DNA of 64,000 bases, taken from assembly GCA_963747235.1 (NCBI GenBank), contig CAVVEU010000040.1, forward strand, positions 160,001 through 224,000, read 5' to 3'. The notes under the pieces were generated by a model that saw only the letters and a list, made by a program, of their open reading frames with translations, was not told the DNA's origin and searched no databases. The stretch comes from an uncultured Candidatus Rokubacteria bacterium (lineage in GTDB: Bacteria; Methylomirabilota; Methylomirabilia; Rokubacteriales; CSP1-6). The position numbers were made by a program, and so were the translations under genes. Each line of letters starts with the position of its first letter. The first letter of the stretch is position 1. Below are positions 58,728 through 64,000 of the stretch, piece by piece.

Positions 58728-59857
58728 CAGCGGCGCGCCTCCAGCAGCGTCACCCAGTTGTTGGTGGCGAGCCCGCCGATGGACTGGGCCAGCGCCACGC
58801 GCGCCTCCACCTGGCGCCCGTCGGCCCGCCCGGTGAGCTGCCAGAAGAGCTCCACGATCTGCGAGATGCCGGTCGCGGCGAGCGGGTGGCCGCGCGCCTT
58901 GAGCCCGCCGGAGGTGTTCACGGGCAGCCGCCCGTCGATGGCGGTCTCCCCGTCGAGCGTCGCCCGCCCCGCCTTGCCCACCGGCACGAGCCCGGTGTCC
59001 TCGAGCGAGATCAGCTCGAACGGGGCGAAGGCGTCGTGGATCTCCGCCACCTCCACCCGCGCCGCGCCCGAAGCCGGCCATGCGATAGGCCGCCTCCGCC
59101 GCGGCCTGCGTGGCGCGGAACGAGGTCAGGTCCGTGCGGTAGCGCACCGCGATGGTGTCCGCCCCCTGCCCGATCCCCGCCACCCGCACCGCGCGCCGGT
59201 CCAGGGTCAGCAAGATCGCGGCGCGCGCCGTCGGAGATCGGGCAGCAGTGGAAGAGGCGCAGCGGATCGGCCACGAGCCGGCTCTCCATCACCGCCTCGA
59301 GCGTCACCGCCTCCTGGAAGTGGGCGTAGGGATTCCGCGCGCCGTGGGCGTGGTTCTTCACCGCCACCTGCGAGATCTCCCGCAGCGAGAGCCCGCGCCG
59401 GTGCATGACCGCGCGCGTGATGAGGCCGGCGAGGGCGGGCATGGTGGTGCCGTAGCTTCTCTCGTGCGGATCGATGGAGCGGCCGATGATCTCGGACACG
59501 CGCGGCGTCGGCAGGTGGGTCATCTTCTCGCCGCCCACCACGAGCACGGAGCGGTGGAAGCCGGCCGCCATCGCGGCGAAGGCCGCGTAGACGGCGGCCA
59601 CCCCGGAGGACGTCGCGGTCTCCACGCGCAGCGGCGGGCACGTGCGAGAGGCCGAGGTGCGTGGCGATCAGCGAGCCGTAGTTGCCCTCGCCGGTGAACT
59701 CCTCGGGATTCATCGCGGCGACCACGAGGGCGTCGGGCCGCTCGATGCCCGCGTCGTGCAGGGCGGCCAGGCCCGCCTCCGCCATCAGGTCCGGGAGGTT
59801 CTCGTCGCGCCGGCCGAAGCGGGTCATCCCCGCGCCGGCGATCCACACGTCGCTCAC
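58727..59857 (-). CDS. SCP2-type thiolase-family protein lacking the N-terminal catalytic Cys (split)
   Basis: [55 protein letters not shown]. Confidence 0.85.
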
Positions 59858-59866
59858 CCGTCCATT

Positions 59867-60238
59867 TCAAACCGGGGCGTGACCGGGTGTCAACGTGTTT
59901 GCGCCGGCGCGGCGGCCGCCGCCGGTCGGCCCCTCCACCTCCGCGCGCCGCGAGGGCAATGGCCCGGGCGGCGGCACGCGGATCTCGAACTCGCGGATCA
60001 GGCGCAGCAGGTACGTGCGCTGGAGGCCCAGCGCCCGCGCCGCGCGCGTGCGGTTGCCGCCCGCCTGCGTGAGCGTGGCCTCGAGCAGCCGGCGCTTGAA
60101 GTCGGAGACCGCGCCGTGAAAGCCGGGCAGCGGCCGCGCGGGGGCGGTCGGCACCGCGCTCGATTCGGAGAGGCCCTTGGGCATGCGGGCCGGTGATGGC
60201 CGGGGAGCGGTCTCGGGAGCGGGCATCAAGGCTGTCAT
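59867..60238 (-). CDS. Stand-alone Fis-family HTH protein
   Basis: FKRRLLEATLTQAGGNRTRAARALGLQRTYLLRLIR. Confidence 0.75.
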   Translation of the reverse strand: MTALMPAPETAPRPSPARMPKGLSESSAVPTAPARPLPGFHGAVSDFKRRLLEATLTQAGGNRTRAARALGLQRTYLLRLIREFEIRVPPPGPLPSRRAEVEGPTGGGRRAGANTLTPGHAPV

Positions 60239-60251
60239 GCGCGAGCCCTCT

Positions 60252-60267
60252 CGCAAGGCCTGTGCCA
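60252..60267 (-). promoter_or_regulatory. Putative sigma54 (-24/-12) promoter
   Basis: Minus strand reads TGGCAC-AGGCC-TTGCG, upstream of the Fis-HTH gene. Confidence 0.55.
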
Positions 60268-60384
60268 CGCGCTGGCAGTGCGCGGAACCCGCGAATTGGC
60301 CCGCAGCCGCGCACGTCGCGTGCACCGCGCCGTGTGCAGCCCGCGCGCAGCCGTGCCGTCGCGTCAGGGCACGTGCGCCAGGGC

Positions 60385-60415
60385 AAAAAAAGAGGGACCC
60401 GCGAACGGGCCCCTC
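60385..60415 (-). terminator. Intrinsic terminator after ferredoxin
   Basis: Minus strand reads GAGGGGCCCG-TTCG-CGGGTCCCTC-TTTTTTT. Confidence 0.85.
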
Positions 60416-60442
60416 GCGACGGCGAACGGACGGCCGAGCCGG

Positions 60443-60709
60443 CTACGCCTTGGTGGCCGGCTTGACGCCCGGGTTGTCCTTGAAGAACTGCTTGTTCAGC
60501 TCGATGTAGTTCTTCCAGTTCGCCGGCGTCTCGTCTTCCGCGAAGATCGCCTTCACCGGGCAGACGGGCTCGCAGGCCCCGCAGTCGATGCACTCATCCG
60601 GGTGGATGTAGAGCATGGTCTCGCCCTCGTAGATGCAGTCCACGGGGCAGACCTCGACGCAGGCCTTGTCCTTCACGTTGATGCAGGGCTCCGCGATGAT
60701 ATACGCCAT
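60443..60709 (-). CDS. fdxA: Dicluster (7Fe-type) ferredoxin
   Basis: CINVKDKACVEVCPVDCI...CIDCGACEPVCP. Confidence 0.9.
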   Translation of the reverse strand: MAYIIAEPCINVKDKACVEVCPVDCIYEGETMLYIHPDECIDCGACEPVCPVKAIFAEDETPANWKNYIELNKQFFKDNPGVKPATKA

Positions 60710-60761
60710 TCCGGCCTCCTGTTAACCGGTGACCCTGGATACCTGCCTGGAAACCCACACA

Positions 60762-60790
60762 TTTCTACCAACTTGCGCCGCAGGTGTCAA
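60762..60790 (-). promoter_or_regulatory. Putative sigma70-type promoter of ferredoxin
   Basis: TTGACA-17 nt-TAGAAA on the minus strand. Confidence 0.45.
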
Positions 60791-60805
60791 GCCGTTTGAC
60801 CTCAC

Positions 60806-61734
60806 CTAGAGGGTGCGGAGCTTGGGGTCGAGCGCGTCGCGGAGGGAGTCGCCGAACAGGTTGAAGGCGAACACGGCCAGGCTGATGGCCAGGCCCGGGA
60901 AGAGCGCCATCCAGGGCGCCGCCTCCGCGAAGTCCACCGCGGCCCCCCGCAGCATGAGCCCCCACGCGGGCGTCGGCTCCTGCACGCCCAGGCCCAGGAA
61001 CGACAGCGAGGACTCGAGCAGGATGGCCTGGCTCAGGAACGCGGTCAGCATGATCAGGTAGGACGCGACCACGTTCGGCAGCATGTGGCGCAGGATGATG
61101 CGCACGTGGCCGAAGCCGGCGGCCCGCGCCGCGTCCACGTAGGGCATCTCGCGGATCGTCAGCGCGGAGGAGCGGATGACGAGCGCGGCGCGCGGGATCA
61201 TCGGGATCGTGATGGCCATGATCACGTTCGGGATGGAGTTGCCGAGGATCGCCACCAGGGCCAGCGCCAGGATGATCAGCGGGAACGAGAGGAAGATGTC
61301 CATGAGGCGCTGGAGGTAGAGATCCACCCGCCCGCCGAAGTAGGCGCTGCCCACGCCCAGGATGGCCCCGATGGTGGCGCCCATCAGCGCGGCGCCGAAG
61401 CCCACCAGGAGCGCGGTGCGCGAGCCGTAGATGAGCCGCGAGAGCACGTCGCGGCCGAAGGCGTCGGTGCCGAGCCAGTGCGCGCCGTTGGGCGCGCGCG
61501 AGCATGGCGCCGAAGTCCACCGCCACCGGGTCGTAGGGCGCGAGCGGCGCCCGCGAACACCGCCGAGCACGAGCATGAGCAGCACCACCGCCGCGCCCAC
61601 CGCGCCCAGGGTGCGGTGGCGCGCGAAGTCGCGGGTCGCGGCCACCAGCGGGCTCGCGCGGTTCGGCGCTTCGGCTGCGGCATCGGCGGCGCATGCTTGA
61701 TCTGGCGTCGAACGGCTGAGCGTTGATGCGCCAT
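60806..61734 (-). CDS. Peptide/nickel ABC permease, DppC-like (split)
   Basis: HWLGTDAFGRDVLSRLIYGSR, ESSLSFLGLG, FNLFGDSLRDALDP. Confidence 0.88.
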
Positions 61735-61741
61735 GGCAGTC

Positions 61742-62696
61742 TTACCGGAACCGGATTCGGGGGTCGATCCAGGCGTACATGACGTCCATGACGAAGTTCA
61801 CGAAGATGAAGATGCCCGGCGACCAGCATCACGAGGGCCTGGATCAGCGTGTAGTCGCGGTGGGCCACCGCCTGCACGAAGAGCAGCCCGATCCCGTTCA
61901 GGTTGAAGACCTGCTCGGTCACGACGAGCCCGCCGATGAGGAAGGCGAACTCGAGCGCGATCACGGTCAGCACCGGCAGCATCGCGTTCTTGAGCGCGTG
62001 GCGGACCAGGATCAGGCGCTGGGCGAGCCCCTTGGCCCGCGCGGTCCGCATGTAGTCCTCGCGCAGCACCTCGAGCATGGCGGAGCGGGTCATGCGGGTC
62101 GCCACCGCCGAGTAGCGGTAGCCGACCGCGAGCGCCGGCCAGACGAGCTGCAGCATGTTCTGCCACGGGTTCACCCAGAACGGGGTGTAGACCATGGGCG
62201 GCAGCCACTTGAAGACGATCAGGAACGTGAGGATGAACAGGATGCCGAGCCAGAACGACGGCATCGCCAGGCCCGCGATCGAGAAGATGCGGACGGCGTA
62301 GTCCACCCAGGTGTCCTGCTTGAGCGCGGCGAGGACCCCTAACGGCATCGCCAGGAGCACCGCCACGATGGTGGCCATGATCGCCACCTGCAGCGACAGC
62401 GCGAAGCGGAGCTTGATCTCCTCGCCAGATCGGCGACCCGGTCCACATCGAGGTGCCGAAGTCGAGGCGGACCACCCCCACATCCACGTCCCGAACTGCT
62501 TCCAGAGCGGCTGGTCGAGGCCGAACCGCTCACGCTCCATCTTGATGGCGGCGTCGGAGGCGGCCCCGCGATCGCCGGCGAGCCGGAGCTCGACGACGTC
62601 GCCCGGGATCGACGCGGATGAGGACGAAGATGACGACCGCCACCCCGATGAGGGTGGGGAACATGAGGAGGAATCGCTTCAGAGGTACTTCCACAT
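61742..62696 (-). CDS. Peptide/nickel ABC permease, DppB-like (split)
   Basis: GLDQPL, MPSFWLG, EDYMRTARAKGL, HALKNA, DPRIR. Confidence 0.88.
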
Positions 62697-62705
62697 GAGC
62701 TGGGA

Positions 62706-62743
62706 GCGGGCCCGCGCCGGTCGGAGCTCCGGCGCGGGCCCGC
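62706..62743. other. Perfect 15-bp hairpin between the SBP and permease genes (likely mRNA stabiliser)
   Basis: GCGGGCCCGCGCCGG-8 nt-CCGGCGCGGGCCCGC, with no U tract. Confidence 0.6.
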
Positions 62744-62754
62744 CGCGGCCTCGC

Positions 62755-64000
62755 TTACTCCGACAGCCAGACCGTGTCGAGCTGGTTGTTGAGGTAGTGG
62801 CTGGGGGTGATCGTCCAGCCCTTCACCTTCGAGTTGTGCGGGATGATGCGGTGCCACTGGAGCGTCCAGAGCACGTGCACCTCCTCGTCGAGCAGGCGCT
62901 TCTCGAAGGCGCGGAGGTACTTCTTGCGCTCCTCCACGTCGGTGGCCCGGGCCTGCTTCTCGAACAGCTCGTCGATCATCTTGTCCTTGTGCTTGCCGTA
63001 GTTCGCGTCCGACGTGCTGACGAAACGCGGAAGGTCCAGGTCGGGCTCGACGATGAAGCCGCACTGGAAGTCCATCGCGACCTCGAAGTCTCCGCGCTTG
63101 AGCATCGGGTAGTACGCGGACGCCTCGATCATCTCCTGCTTGACGTTGAGCCCGATCTGCCGCCACTGGTCGATGAGCCAGATGCCCACGGGCTCGTACG
63201 GGATGCGGGATGCCGCGGTTCTTGAAGGTGAACGAGAAGCCGTCGGGCACGCCCGCCTCGCGCAGCAGGCGCTTGGCCTCGGCGCGGTGGCGTTGATGTC
63301 GCGCCCGTAGCCCGCCAGCTTCTCGAGCTCCGCGGGCGGGGTCGCGTACGGGGTGCCCGGCACCTGGATGCCCGCTCACGTCCCTGACGATCGTGATCTT
63401 GGAGAGCGTCTTGGAGCCCTCGTAGCGGTCGAGCGCGAGCGAGAGGGCGCGCCGGACCCGCTTGTCGTCGAAGGGCTTCTTCTCGTGGTGCATCGAGACG
63501 AAGTTCAGGCAGTCCCAGGGGCTCTCCTGCACCGTGATCTTGTGGCCCAGCGCCTGGACGAGGCTGTCGCGCTCGGCCGGGCTGAAGCCGCGGAACTGGA
63601 TGTGCGCGCGCTCGCCCCGGATCGCCGCCACCTGCGGCCGAGGACGAGCTCATGAAGATCGCCCGGTAGCCGTCGAGGTAGGGCTTGCCCTTGTCCCAGT
63701 AGTCCGGGTTCTTCTTGCCGACCCAGTGCGAGCCCTTGACGTGCTCGACGAAGGTGAAGGGACCGGTCCCCATCGACGTTCTTCTCGTACCAGTGCATGT
63801 CCTTGGCGAGGATGTCGGCCTTGTAGATCCAGTTCCAGGGCGAGGCCAGGTTCAGCAGGAAGGACGACTCGGGCCACTTCAGCCGGAAGCGGACGGTGTA
63901 GGGCGTCCGGCGCCTCCACCACCTCGACCGAGCGCGTAGGCGTCCTTGCGCAGCGACTTCACGCCCGCGGGCGGGAAGATGATCTTGTCGTAGGAGGCCT
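62755..64000 (-). CDS. Family 5 ABC substrate-binding protein; 5' part lies outside the window (split)
   Basis: GTGPF, KNPDYWDKGKPYLDG, PFDDKRVRRAL, AKRLLREAG. Confidence 0.87.

Overview
Very GC-rich bacterial chromosomal DNA. Gene content and style tentatively suggest a soil lineage such as Rokubacteria/Methylomirabilota (inference only). Most long genes, including essential ones (fabD, fabF, fabG, fabH, plsX, ligA), are split across reading frames by single-base indels. I read these as long-read consensus errors, so I joined the fragments and gene boundaries are approximate. From left to right: an RsbU-like regulator and a five-GAF hybrid histidine kinase; small enzymes; a pair of inverted structured non-coding elements; a minus-strand run with a GS-like ligase, SDRs, a 2-aminoethylphosphonate-type ABC transporter interrupted by recQ, and a cupin; the yceD-rpmF-plsX-fabHDG-acpP-fabF-rnc cluster; htpX; ccmA-I; a lytic transglycosylase; a type II secretion operon; ligA; accessory enzymes; cimA with a divergent Fe-S hydro-lyase pair; a Fis-HTH/thiolase-like/DUF35/CoA-transferase/MaoC module; ferredoxin; and a peptide ABC transporter. 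I saw no rRNA, tRNA, CRISPR array, transposase or integrase. Best leads: the covarying inverted element pair (7359-7779), the Cys-less thiolase module, the dsRBD-less Mini-III-like rnc, and the divergent hydro-lyase coupled to cimA.
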